A model generated the notes under the pieces. The model was not told the origin of the DNA. It saw nothing but the letters and a program-made list of their open reading frames with translations, and did not search any database. The position numbers and the translations under genes are program-made. From Candidatus Norongarragalinales archaeon (GTDB lineage Archaea; Micrarchaeota; Micrarchaeia; Norongarragalinales; Norongarragalinaceae), in assembly GCA_035291125.1 (NCBI GenBank), contig DATDSY010000078.1, forward strand, positions 1 to 30,673: a DNA stretch of 30,673 nucleotides, given 5' to 3'. This document shows positions 1 through 8,727 of this stretch, piece by piece. How positions within the stretch are numbered: position 1 is the first letter of the stretch; the number at the start of each line of letters is the position of its first letter.

Positions 1-2853
1 ACCGAGGCGATTACGCGCAATTCTCACGAATTCCGGCCGTTAGGCATAGGCTACGCCAACCTCGGCGCGCTGCTGATGAGCGAAGGCTTGGCGTACGACG
101 GCGACGACGGAAGGAATTTCGCTGCAGCGATAACGGCGTTGCTGAGCGGCCACGCGTATTACGTTTCCACGCTCATCGCCAAAAAGCTCGGTGCATTCGG
201 CGGTTATGCGGCAAACGAAAAGCCGTTTTTGAATGTGATTTCCATGCACCGCGACGCTGCATACTCGATTCCAGAGGAAAACGTGGACCAAAACGTCTTG
301 CGCGAGGCGAGGGAAGCGTGGGATGCGGCGTTGGAAAGCGGAAAGAAAAACGGGTTCCGCAACTCGCAGATTTCGGTACTCGCGCCCACGGGCTGTCTTG
401 TTGGCGATTCCCTAGTTTCCACTGATAGAGGGCTGGTAAGGCTATCCACACTTGGAAACGCAAACGGCGACAGGTGGCAGGACGTTGATTTCGCAGTTTC
501 AACAGATGAAGGCAACAAACGCGCGACAAAATTCTTTATCAACGGGGTTGAAGCGACGCGAAAAATCAAGACTTCGGCGGGCTATGAAATACAGGGAACG
601 CTGAAGCACAAGATAAAAGTTGTAGACAAGCAATCCGGCAAGCTCGTTTGGAAAAAGTTTGCGGAAGTCGAAAAAGGCGACGTGGTGCCCCTCGCACTCA
701 ACACAATCATAGGCGACCCCAAGGCGGTTGCGCTGCCGCCGCTCGGCGAATATTATTGGGCAGGAAATTCGGAAGCAAAAGTTCCGAGAAACGTCACGCC
801 AGAACTTGCAGAACTCGTCGGCTATTTCATGGGCGACGGAAGCTTGCATAGCAAAGGCCTGCGCTTCTGCGTTTCGCAAGAAGACCAAGACGTGGTCGCC
901 CACTTGGCCGAATTGGTTAAAAAACTTTTCAACTTGGACGCGCATGTTTCACAGCAAACGGGATATATCGAAGTGGCAGTCCACAACGTTCCGCTAGTAA
1001 TATGGTGGGAAGCGTGCGGTTTTGCAAAAAAACCGCACGATGACGGCGGAACTGGCAAGGGTTACACGCCGCACATTCCGGACTCAATTCTCTACGCGAA
1101 CGACAAGAAAGTATACTCCGCATTCCTGCGGGGGCTTTTCGAGGCGGATGGAACGGTCACCAACGGCGCGCCCACGTGGACTACGGCATGCAAATCTTTT
1201 TCCAACGACGTCAAGAGCATGATGTTGGCGCTAGGGTATCCGACTACGACCAAAATAGACGTAAGCGGATGGGGACAGTCGGACATTTACGCGACGAGGA
1301 TACGCAACTTTTCATTCAACACGCAGTTCCTCAACGAAATCGGCTTCATTGGAATGAGGAAGACGAAGCTCGTCGCAGTGCAGTCGGCATACCAAGCGGG
1401 CAAGAATGATTTGATATACTTGCCGTCCGATGTGGCTTGCAACCAAAACGCAAGCGAAAGCTTGAGGAAAAATGCAATCCAATCGTTCAAGAGGAATTCT
1501 GCAGTAAGCAGGCAGCTTGCAGTCCAGCTTTACAAGGAAATCCACGACGAGCGGCTTGTGCAATCCATGAAATTCTTTTACGACGCCGTGGGCTCTAACG
1601 AGGACGGCGGAGAACAGCCGACTTTCGACTTGTCCGTCCCCGAGAACGTCACTTACACCGCAAACGGCTTCGTAAGCCACAACACCATCGGATTCCTGAT
1701 GGACTGCGACACCACGGGCGTGGAGCCCGACATCGCATTGATCAAGTACAAGTGGCTCGTGGGCGGGGGTCTCATGAAAATCGTCAACACCACGGTTCCC
1801 CTTGCGTTGGAAAAGCTGGGGTACAAGCAAAACGAAATCGTCGACATCATGGGTTATTTGAACGAGCACGAGACCATCGAAGGAGCTCCGCACTTGAAGC
1901 AGGCGCACTTGCCTGTTTTCGACTGCGCGTTCAAGCCTTCGAAAGGCATTCGCTCGATACAATACCTCGGCCACGTGCGCATGATGGCCGCGGTCCAGCC
2001 TTTCATCAGCGGGGCAATAAGCAAAACGGTTAACCTTCCGGCTGATGCTACTGCGGGTGACATTGAAAACGCGTACATGCAGGCGTGGAAGGGCGGGTTG
2101 AAGGCGATTGCAATATACCGAGACGGTTCCAAGCGAACTCAGCCTTTGACTACTTCGAAAACCGAGTCGAAAGCGCGTGGCGCTGAAGAGCGGATAGTAT
2201 ACATGCCCATGCGCCAGCGGTTGCCTGACGAACGCCAGGCAATAACTCACAAGTTTGCCATCGCCGGGCACGAAGGCTATATTACGGTGGGTTTGTATGA
2301 AGACGGGAGGCCTGGAGAGCTGTTCGTGACAATGGCGAAAGAAGGGAGCACGATATCGGGTTTGATGGACGCTTTTTCCACAGCCGTTTCCATCGCGCTG
2401 CAGTACGGCGTTCCGCTCAAGGTGTTGGCGAAAAAATTCAGCAACATGCGCTTCGAACCTTCGGGAGTCACGGGCAACGAGCAAATCCGGTTTGCGAAAA
2501 GCATTACCGACTACATTTTCAAGTGGCTGGCGTTCAAGTTCCTGGGAGACGGGGATTTGGAAGACTTGGGCTTCAACCCGGAAGAACGCAATTCCCTGCA
2601 GACCAAGCTCGACGCTTCGCTGCACAGGACTCTCGCCGACAAAGTCACCCCGCAATATTCCGAAAGCGGGGTTCCGACCGAGAAGATTTTGAAGGACGAG
2701 TCGAAAGTGCGGTTTGTGGAGCAAGGCAAGGAAGAGAAAACTTTCGAAAACCAGAGCGACGCGCCCGTGTGCGACGACTGCGGAAGCATCATGGTGAGAA
2801 GCGGCTCGTGCTACAAGTGCTTCAACTGCGGCTCGACCAGCGGATGCTCGTAA
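1..2853 (+). CDS. nrdJ: Class II (adenosylcobalamin-dependent) ribonucleotide reductase, 5'-truncated by the window edge, intein-containing
   Basis: Frame is open from base 1 (TEAITRNSHEFRPLGIGYANLGALLM...). Motifs: RPLGIGYANLG, VLAPTG|TIGFLMDCDTTGVEPD, QPFISGAISKTVNLP, GLKAIAIYRDGSK. C-terminal TSCPD-like region (GYITVGLYEDGRPGELF, FEPSG) and a CxxC...CxxC...GCS tail. Confidence 0.95.
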   Translation, partial: TEAITRNSHEFRPLGIGYANLGALLMSEGLAYDGDDGRNFAAAITALLSGHAYYVSTLIAKKLGAFGGYAANEKPFLNVISMHRDAAYSIPEENVDQNVLREAREAWDAALESGKKNGFRNSQISVLAPTGCLVGDSLVSTDRGLVRLSTLGNANGDRWQDVDFAVSTDEGNKRATKFFINGVEATRKIKTSAGYEIQGTLKHKIKVVDKQSGKLVWKKFAEVEKGDVVPLALNTIIGDPKAVALPPLGEYYWAGNSEAKVPRNVTPELAELVGYFMGDGSLHSKGLRFCVSQEDQDVVAHLAELVKKLFNLDAHVSQQTGYIEVAVHNVPLVIWWEACGFAKKPHDDGGTGKGYTPHIPDSILYANDKKVYSAFLRGLFEADGTVTNGAPTWTTACKSFSNDVKSMMLALGYPTTTKIDVSGWGQSDIYATRIRNFSFNTQFLNEIGFIGMRKTKLVAVQSAYQAGKNDLIYLPSDVACNQNASESLRKNAIQSFKRNSAVSRQLAVQLYKEIHDERLVQSMKFFYDAVGSNEDGGEQPTFDLSVPENVTYTANGFVSHNTIGFLMDCDTTGVEPDIALIKYKWLVGGGLMKIVNTTVPLALEKLGYKQNEIVDIMGYLNEHETIEGAPHLKQAHLPVFDCAFKPSKGIRSIQYLGHVRMMAAVQPFISGAISKTVNLPADATAGDIENAYMQAWKGGLKAIAIYRDGSKRTQPLTTSKTESKARGAEERIVYMPMRQRLPDERQAITHKFAIAGHEGYITVGLYEDGRPGELFVTMAKEGSTISGLMDAFSTAVSIALQYGVPLKVLAKKFSNMRFEPSGVTGNEQIRFAKSITDYIFKWLAFKFLGDGDLEDLGFNPEERNSLQTKLDASLHRTLADKVTPQYSESGVPTEKILKDESKVRFVEQGKEEKTFENQSDAPVCDDCGSIMVRSGSCYKCFNCGSTSGCS
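394..1683 (+). mobile_element. Intein (430 aa) with LAGLIDADG homing endonuclease, inserted in the RNR APTG|T motif
   Basis: Starts CLVGDSLV (Cys1), ends YTANGFVSHN followed by Thr. LAGLIDADG blocks LVGYFMGDGS and FLRGLFEADGT. Removing it restores APTG-TIGFLMDC. Confidence 0.95.
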
Positions 2854-2881
2854 ACGCTTTTTATCCGGGGGGGCAAAGGCA

Positions 2882-3397
2882 ATGGCAGGAAAGATTTACA
2901 CCAAGACCGGCGACGAGGGCTATACTAAAACAATGGCCGGCGAAAAGCTCGCCAAAAACGATGCGGTGGTCATAGCTAACGGCAAAATCGATTCGCTGCA
3001 AGCTTCGCTCGACGCTGCCCGCCTGCAATGCACGCAAGACAAGAGCCTTGCGGACAAGATTGATTGGGTGCAGGAAAAGCTGTGGCAAAGCGGCGGGGAA
3101 GTTTCCCTCGGAAGAACGGGGGGAATCGTGAAAAACCCGGTAACGCAGAAAGACGTGGAAAAACTAGAAGAGTGGATTGACGGGTATTGCGAAGGCAAGG
3201 AATTCCGCCAGTTCGTCCGCTTTCACTCTGCGAAGGCCATTGCGTTGAACGAATCGCGAGTGCGCTGCAGGGAAGCGGAAACCGCGCTCTTGCCTTTGCT
3301 CAACAAGCGGATAACGAGCGAAACGTTCAGGTTTTTCAACCGCCTGGGGGATTTTATTTACGCTGCTGCATGCGATTGTGAAGGCGCAGGGAACTGA
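2882..3397 (+). CDS. pduO: ATP:cob(I)alamin adenosyltransferase, PduO type
   Basis: N-terminal KIYTKTGDEG, then RVRCREAET and FFNRLGDFIY, resembling the PduO RxxxRRAER and YLNRLSD motifs. Directly follows nrdJ. Confidence 0.85.
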   Translation: MAGKIYTKTGDEGYTKTMAGEKLAKNDAVVIANGKIDSLQASLDAARLQCTQDKSLADKIDWVQEKLWQSGGEVSLGRTGGIVKNPVTQKDVEKLEEWIDGYCEGKEFRQFVRFHSAKAIALNESRVRCREAETALLPLLNKRITSETFRFFNRLGDFIYAAACDCEGAGN

Positions 3398-3402
3398 AGA
3401 AA

Positions 3403-3864
3403 ATGAAAAAAACATTTTTGGTTGCGGCGTTGCTGCTGGCACTGCTTTTTGCGGGATGCGTTTCGCAAGGCCAGCCTTCAGCCTCGCCTAGCGCAACAGC
3501 CGAGCTTTCGCAAGCGGCTACGCCGACAATTACACCTAGTCCAACTATCGAAAGCGGATTGCTTGAAATAAACGTGATAATCAACGCGCCCCCGCGCGAC
3601 TACTTAAAAACCATTCCCGTCGAAGTGGCGGAGGGCGCGAGCGCGCTGGAAGCTTCGGCAAAAGCGGTCGAGATTGGCGTTAAAAACTATTCTTTCGGAG
3701 CATACGTCTTCTCTGTGGACGGCATCAATGAAAGCAACAGCGAAGGCCTGTACTGGCAGTTCTATTTCAACGGCAAGCTCGCGCCCGTGGGAGCAAACGA
3801 CTTCAAGCTCTCGCAAAAAGGCATTCTCGAATGGCGTTTGGAAAAACCCCAGTTGGGCGGCTGA
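3403..3864 (+). CDS. Lipoprotein with a DUF4430 / transcobalamin beta-domain-like C-terminus
   Basis: Lipobox-like signal (MKKTFLVAALLLALLFAGC), Pro/Thr linker, then FVFSVDGINES...YWQFYFNGKLAPVGANDFKL, typical of DUF4430-like domains. Confidence 0.75.
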   Translation: MKKTFLVAALLLALLFAGCVSQGQPSASPSATAELSQAATPTITPSPTIESGLLEINVIINAPPRDYLKTIPVEVAEGASALEASAKAVEIGVKNYSFGAYVFSVDGINESNSEGLYWQFYFNGKLAPVGANDFKLSQKGILEWRLEKPQLGG

Positions 3865-3887
3865 AGCCGCAGCGAAGCAAAAAAAAA

Positions 3888-4502
3888 CTATTTTATTGCC
3901 TTTTCCAAAATCAGGAACGCGGCCCACGCGCCTCTCTCGCGGTCCAACGCCCTTTTCGCGAAACTCAAAAGGAAAACGCTGTTTTCGCGCGGCGTGAAGG
4001 CGGATGAAAGCAAAACCGAATCTTTCCGCGCGACCGCGTCGCGCGTTCCCAAAAACAAGAACCGGCCGTCCTTGAGTGAGAGGGAGAGCAATCCGTCGGA
4101 ACCGGCTTTCACCGCTGCATCGCGCACTGCTATGGAAACGCTGACCGAAGGTTCTGCTGCGACCGAACACTGCAAGCAGAAAGAAGGGCGTTCGAAAGTC
4201 GAGTAAAGCGGGGGCAATTGCTTCGCTCCGCCAACGCGCGCGCAAAGCCTTTCGAACAGCCGCACGCCCTTTTCCGAAAGCATGCTTCCCGCGCGTATTT
4301 TCCGTGCCAATCCGCGTGCCTCTAGAAACGCGGCTATCGAACGCACTGTACCTTCGCCCAAGTCTAGCGACTCTGCCAAATCCTTCCTTCCCACGAGCTT
4401 CTTCCGCCCGAGAATCCAGAATGCGCGCAGCACGTCTTCGAAAACGAATTTCGGCATCGGCCCGAAAGCCTTTTCCTCGGGCTTCAAAAGCGAAAAGTCC
4501 AT
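3888..4502 (-). CDS. Archaeal winged-HTH protein, PH0730/DUF4443-like; putative transcription regulator
   Basis: N-terminal HTH (VGRKDLAESLDLGEGTVRSIAAFLEARGLA...GSMLSEKG) plus an alpha/beta C-terminal domain (VRDAAVKAGSDG). Family recalled by pattern only. Confidence 0.6.
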   Translation of the reverse strand: MDFSLLKPEEKAFGPMPKFVFEDVLRAFWILGRKKLVGRKDLAESLDLGEGTVRSIAAFLEARGLARKIRAGSMLSEKGVRLFERLCARVGGAKQLPPLYSTFERPSFCLQCSVAAEPSVSVSIAVRDAAVKAGSDGLLSLSLKDGRFLFLGTRDAVARKDSVLLSSAFTPRENSVFLLSFAKRALDRERGAWAAFLILEKAIK

Positions 4503-4525
4503 AACGCAAACAAGCGGTTTCGTGC

Positions 4526-4571
4526 TTTTAAACTGGATGCATCATCCAAACGAATTAATATTGGATGCATC
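4526..4571. promoter_or_regulatory. Bidirectional TATA-like box plus palindromic operator-like repeats
   Basis: TTTTAAA at 4526-4532 lies ~24 nt from the ATG of the minus-strand HTH gene. TGGATGCATC occurs twice (4534-4543, 4562-4571). CATCCAA-N11-TTGGATG is an inverted repeat. Confidence 0.55.
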
Positions 4572-4603
4572 GAAGTCCGTATCCGATTACGCAAGGTGGG
4601 TTT

Positions 4604-6217
4604 ATGGACAGCAAAACTGCAATCGCAATAGTCTTTGCCGCGCTCGCGGCATTCTCAATCCCTGCACACGCTTTTTCCACCACTGCTGCGTTTGCGTGGC
4701 TTGACTCCCACCACACCGTCGGCTCTTACGGCTTTGCTGGCGCGAACGCGCTTGCGCTCACGGCTTTGGTAGAGTGGAGCGAAAACGCGCAGTTGCAGTC
4801 GCAGCTCGCAAACGCCATTAAGGCGGACCTGAACGACAACTCTTCCTGGAATTGGGCTGAGGCGGACTTGCCGTCGATTCAATTCTGGGCTTTGCACAAA
4901 ACAGGATTCGCTTCAACTGGAATCGATTCTGCAACGCTGTCGCAAAAGATTTTGGCTTTCAAAGGCCAGCATGGCGGGTTCACGGGATTGCAGGAGTGCG
5001 TTGCGAACTGCACCGACCCGAACTGGCAAAACCAAGTGTGGCAGCCCGTCGAAACCACTACAGATACAGCGTTGGTTTTGCTTGCGCTCGAAAGCGCAGG
5101 CACGCTGGATTCGCAAACCAAAAATGATGCCATTGCATTCCTTAGCACTTTGCAAAATGAAGACGGCTCGTTCAAGCAGTCTCTTTCCACCGGCGAAACT
5201 TCGCTCTACGCGTTGGGGCCTGATTTCGTTTCAACCACTTCGCTCGCACTGCAAGCAATGCAGCAAACCGGCTTCGGAGGAACGCCTGAGGCTGCAAAGG
5301 CAGTCGCTTTCCTAAAGCAGAAAGCCCGCTCGTGCTTCGGAAATTCCGGGAGCGTGTACGGGCCTTCGCGCGCGGCAGTCGCTTTCGCAAAATCGGGCGA
5401 AAACGCGTTTGCATCGTCAGCAGCAGCTTATGCAGCGCTCTCGCAAAAGCAGGACGGCGGTTTTGCCGACCCGCTTCGCTCGCAGTCCGACTCCAACGCC
5501 ATGGATACGGCAATGGCTTTGCTGGCGGCGAAAAACATTGCTGAAAACGCGGTTGCATGCGCGCCTTTGAGCGCTGCCCTAGCGTACAACACGCCTATTT
5601 TTCCGGGCAATGCGCAGCCCATGCGCATTACTGCAGAGGGGGCGGTGGAAAACGTTTCCTTCACTGTAACAAAGCCTTCCGGAGGGTTCGTCGAATTGCA
5701 GGCGCAGCAAACCCAGCAAGGGGTTTTCGAAACCGTTTTTTCCAACACAGCGGAAGCGGGGAATTATTCCATTCTCGCGACGATCATAGCCATGCAAGGC
5801 GGGAGGCTCGTGAAAAGCGGGGTTTTCGAAGTCAAAAGCGCTTCAGCCTCCCCCACTCCGACGCCCACGCCTACGCCAACACCATCCCCGTCAAACCAGG
5901 AGATAAAGGTCGTGTTTGTAACTCCCTATCCAACCCCCACTGCAACGCCGTCCATAACTCCTACTCCCACGCCTTCGCCAACGCCGCAGGAGCGTGAAAC
6001 TGCGAAGGAAAGCGTTTCGACAAAGCAAAACGAGGAAGCGACTACGCCGTCTGGCTTGACAGCGCTTGCCGCTGCAAAGCCGAACGCATGGTTTTCATTC
6101 AGCGTCGACGAAAAAAACATAGCGCTTTCACTCAACCCCATCGTTTTTATTAGCCTGCTCGCCCTAGGGATTATTTTCTCGTTATACAGGAAATGGAATA
6201 AAGTGAATTGGAAATGA
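4604..6217 (+). CDS. Secreted, C-terminally anchored prenyltransferase/squalene-oxidase-repeat (alpha/alpha barrel) protein
   Basis: ATG at 4604 after an AAGGTGGG RBS. Signal peptide (FSIPAHA|F). Repeats FKGQHGGF, LQNEDGSF, SQKQDGGF with DTALVLLAL, STTSLALQAM, DTAMALLA. Then a beta-rich domain, PT linker, C-terminal TM and basic tail. Confidence 0.75.
   Translation: MDSKTAIAIVFAALAAFSIPAHAFSTTAAFAWLDSHHTVGSYGFAGANALALTALVEWSENAQLQSQLANAIKADLNDNSSWNWAEADLPSIQFWALHKTGFASTGIDSATLSQKILAFKGQHGGFTGLQECVANCTDPNWQNQVWQPVETTTDTALVLLALESAGTLDSQTKNDAIAFLSTLQNEDGSFKQSLSTGETSLYALGPDFVSTTSLALQAMQQTGFGGTPEAAKAVAFLKQKARSCFGNSGSVYGPSRAAVAFAKSGENAFASSAAAYAALSQKQDGGFADPLRSQSDSNAMDTAMALLAAKNIAENAVACAPLSAALAYNTPIFPGNAQPMRITAEGAVENVSFTVTKPSGGFVELQAQQTQQGVFETVFSNTAEAGNYSILATIIAMQGGRLVKSGVFEVKSASASPTPTPTPTPTPSPSNQEIKVVFVTPYPTPTATPSITPTPTPSPTPQERETAKESVSTKQNEEATTPSGLTALAAAKPNAWFSFSVDEKNIALSLNPIVFISLLALGIIFSLYRKWNKVNWK
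5848..5985 (+). repeat. Pro/Thr/Ser low-complexity linker (SPTPTPTPTPTPSPS ... TPTPTPSPTP)
   Basis: Read directly in the translation; codons vary between units. Confidence 0.85.
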
Positions 6218-6738
6218 AAATTCTCGACAATGCAAAATTCGCATTAGGACTGGCATTGTGCGTGCTGGCAAGGCTATTCACAGTCGCGCCCAACGTCGAG
6301 CCGATAATGGGCTTTACAATGCCTTACGCCAAGAAGTACGGCAAATACGCCGGCTTGGCCTTCGCGCTCATCGCAATGGTTTCAATCGACTTTTTCACCC
6401 AACGGCTGGGATTGTGGACGCTTTACACCGCAGGCGCTTACGCGATAATCGGCTTTGCGGCTGGAAAGTTTTTCGAAACGCGCAAATCCAATCGCACAAA
6501 CTTTCTCACATTCGCTGTCGCAGGCACGCTTTTCTTTGACGTTGCAACGGCATTGCTGTTCGGATGGCAATTCCGCCAGCCCCTCGAGCTTACGCTGTTG
6601 GGGCAAATTCCATTCACCGCAAGCCACCTGCTTTCGAACTCTATTGCAGCTTTGCTCCTGTCACCCGCGATAGCGTGGGCTTTGGACCGAACCCCCTCGC
6701 CGGCGCTTTCACCCGATGCGGCTAAAAGGATAGCTTAA
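6214..6738 (+). CDS. ECF transporter substrate-binding (S) component, CbrT-like (probable cobalamin specificity)
   Basis: ~174 aa with about 6 hydrophobic segments. LARLFTVAPNVEPI resembles the CbrT-type PNV(Q/E)P motif. ATG overlaps the upstream stop (ATGA at 6214-6217). Confidence 0.7.
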   Translation: MKILDNAKFALGLALCVLARLFTVAPNVEPIMGFTMPYAKKYGKYAGLAFALIAMVSIDFFTQRLGLWTLYTAGAYAIIGFAAGKFFETRKSNRTNFLTFAVAGTLFFDVATALLFGWQFRQPLELTLLGQIPFTASHLLSNSIAALLLSPAIAWALDRTPSPALSPDAAKRIA

Positions 6739-6800
6739 AAACAAGCCGGCGCGAAGATTTTTCAAGCAACAAACTATACTCCAACGGTCCGGAGGGCGGT

Positions 6801-8024
6801 GTGAGATTGTCTACTTTTGAAAACGCGCTGAAACAACTCGAAAACGCATTCGCACTTTCAGGCGTAAGCCAAGAAACTCGGTTGCGCCTGCAAAACCCCC
6901 AGCGCATAATCCAAACAACTTTTCCCGTGCAAATGGACGGAGGGAAAGAACGCATTTTCTACGGCTACCGCGTGCAGTACGACAACGCTCGCGGCCCGTT
7001 CAAAGGCGGAATCCGCTACCACCCGAAAGTTGATTTGGATGAAGTGAAGAGCCTTGCATTCTGGATGGCAATCAAATGCGCCGTTGCAAACATTCCCTAC
7101 GGCGGGGGCAAGGGCGGAGTCGAAGTTGACCCGAAGCAATTGAGCAAAAGCGAGCTGGAAAGACTGAGCCGCTCGTTCATTCGTTCCATTGCAGATGCTA
7201 TAGGCCCGGACAAGGATATTCCAGCCCCGGACGTCAACACCACGCCCGAAATAATGGATTGGATGGAAGACGAGTACTCGAAAATAACCGGCGACACGAG
7301 CGGAGCGGTGATTACCGGCAAAAGCGTTGCGAACGGAGGGCACGAGGGGCGCGAGGATGCCACTGCGAGAGGAGGGTTTTTCGTTTTCCAGGAAGCGGCG
7401 AAAGCGTTCGGCATTCCTGCAAACGCAACGGCTGCAATCCAAGGCTTCGGCAACGCAGGCTGGTTCATGGCAAAATTCCTGCACGAAGCAGGATACAAAG
7501 TCGTTGCCGTAAGCGACTCGAAAGGCGGTATTTACGACGAAAAAGGATTGGACGTAGATTCGGTCAAGCAATTCAAGGATTCCGGGAAAAGCGTTGAGGA
7601 TTACGGCAAGGGAAGCAAAGTTTCCAACCAAGCGCTTTTGGAACTGCCGGTCGACGTGCTTGTTCCCGCCGCGTTGGAAAACCAAATCACCGAACAAAAC
7701 GCCCCGCGCATCAAAGCCAAAGTTATTCTCGAATTGGCGAACGGCCCGACCACTCCGCAGGCTGAAGAAATCCTTTCCAAACGCGGGATAACCGTAATTC
7801 CCGACGTGCTTGCTAACGCTGGCGGGGTTACGGGAAGCTATTTCGAGTGGAAGCAGAACAAGGAACGCGCAAAATGGAGCCTGGAAAAATACCGCGGCGA
7901 GCTCGAGAAAACAATGCGCATGGAATTCAATGAAGTCCTGCGCTTTTCGAAAGAGCACGAGTGCATCATGCGCACTGCCGCGTATGCGTTGGCGTTGCAA
8001 AGGATAGAGAAAGCAATGCACTGA
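6801..8024 (+). CDS. gdhA: Glu/Leu/Phe/Val dehydrogenase, most likely glutamate dehydrogenase
   Basis: GPFKGGIRYHP, GGGKGG, DIPAPDVNT, IQGFGNAG, ELANGPT, PDVLANAGGV..SYFEW. GGAGG RBS before the GTG. Confidence 0.92.
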   Translation: MRLSTFENALKQLENAFALSGVSQETRLRLQNPQRIIQTTFPVQMDGGKERIFYGYRVQYDNARGPFKGGIRYHPKVDLDEVKSLAFWMAIKCAVANIPYGGGKGGVEVDPKQLSKSELERLSRSFIRSIADAIGPDKDIPAPDVNTTPEIMDWMEDEYSKITGDTSGAVITGKSVANGGHEGREDATARGGFFVFQEAAKAFGIPANATAAIQGFGNAGWFMAKFLHEAGYKVVAVSDSKGGIYDEKGLDVDSVKQFKDSGKSVEDYGKGSKVSNQALLELPVDVLVPAALENQITEQNAPRIKAKVILELANGPTTPQAEEILSKRGITVIPDVLANAGGVTGSYFEWKQNKERAKWSLEKYRGELEKTMRMEFNEVLRFSKEHECIMRTAAYALALQRIEKAMH

Positions 8025-8025
8025 T

Positions 8026-8727
8026 TCACTTAAGCCCTTCCCACAGGATTTCTTCCTTTGACTCGACGCTCAACCCGTTGTCGTTTATCGTCAAAGGATG
8101 GATTTTCTTCGAGTGGTTTGTTCCGCGCATCTTTCGCACGAACATCGCGCGGTTGGGCGGAGAAAAGAACATTTGCAGCACGCCGTCCGTCAGGAATTCT
8201 TCGACCCCGAAGCGGGAGACCGCATGCTTTCCGGCAGGAGTTTCGCAAGTCAAGAGCGTGGTGCAGTCGAGCTTGCGCAACTCCTCGATCAGAGTGTAAA
8301 TAGCGAATCGTATTTGCCTTATGTCCTTCAGCCAGAATGCGAATGCGGTGACGCTGTCCACAACCAGGCGCTTGGCGTTGGTGCTCCGAGCCTTTTCTAT
8401 AATGCGTTCGACCTGCGCTTCTGGGCTGTCGAGAATCTCTTGCGTCGGCTCGAACTTGTAAATCTTTAGTTTACCCTCCCTCTCGAGGGAAACCAAATCC
8501 CACTTGAAGCGCTGGGTGTTCCACCAAATGTTGTGCGGGCCTTCCTCCATGGTAATGTAAACGCCGGGTTCGCCGTATTCCTTCGCGCCGTTGTACAAGT
8601 ACTCCATGCACAAAATACTTTTTCCCGTGCCCGCAGGCCCGGAAACTAGAATGCTGGACGCCTCAGGAAAACCGCCTTCAATCAATTCGTCCAAACCGGG
8701 AACGCCGCTCTTCACCCTATTCAACAA
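8026..8727 (-). CDS. Single-domain KaiC/RAD55-family ATPase
   Basis: RVKSGVPGLDELIEGG, Walker A GPAGTGKS, Walker B LVVDS, FLTDGV, VRKMRGTNH. Start is probably TTG at 8724 or 8727 after an AAGGTG RBS. Confidence 0.88.
   Translation of the reverse strand: MLNRVKSGVPGLDELIEGGFPEASSILVSGPAGTGKSILCMEYLYNGAKEYGEPGVYITMEEGPHNIWWNTQRFKWDLVSLEREGKLKIYKFEPTQEILDSPEAQVERIIEKARSTNAKRLVVDSVTAFAFWLKDIRQIRFAIYTLIEELRKLDCTTLLTCETPAGKHAVSRFGVEEFLTDGVLQMFFSPPNRAMFVRKMRGTNHSKKIHPLTINDNGLSVESKEEILWEGLK

Noticed and set aside
2854-4603. Cobalamin riboswitch in the B12 cluster
   Set aside because: Intergenic gaps are 5-101 nt and I see no B12-box-like sequence. The nrdJ leader lies outside the window, so a riboswitch there is not excluded.
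6858-8021. 387-aa antisense ORF opposite GDH, plus other long shadow ORFs (1312-2724, 3604-4509, 20483-21178)
   Set aside because: They overlap clearly conserved genes, have no recognisable motifs, and are expected from codon bias at this GC content.
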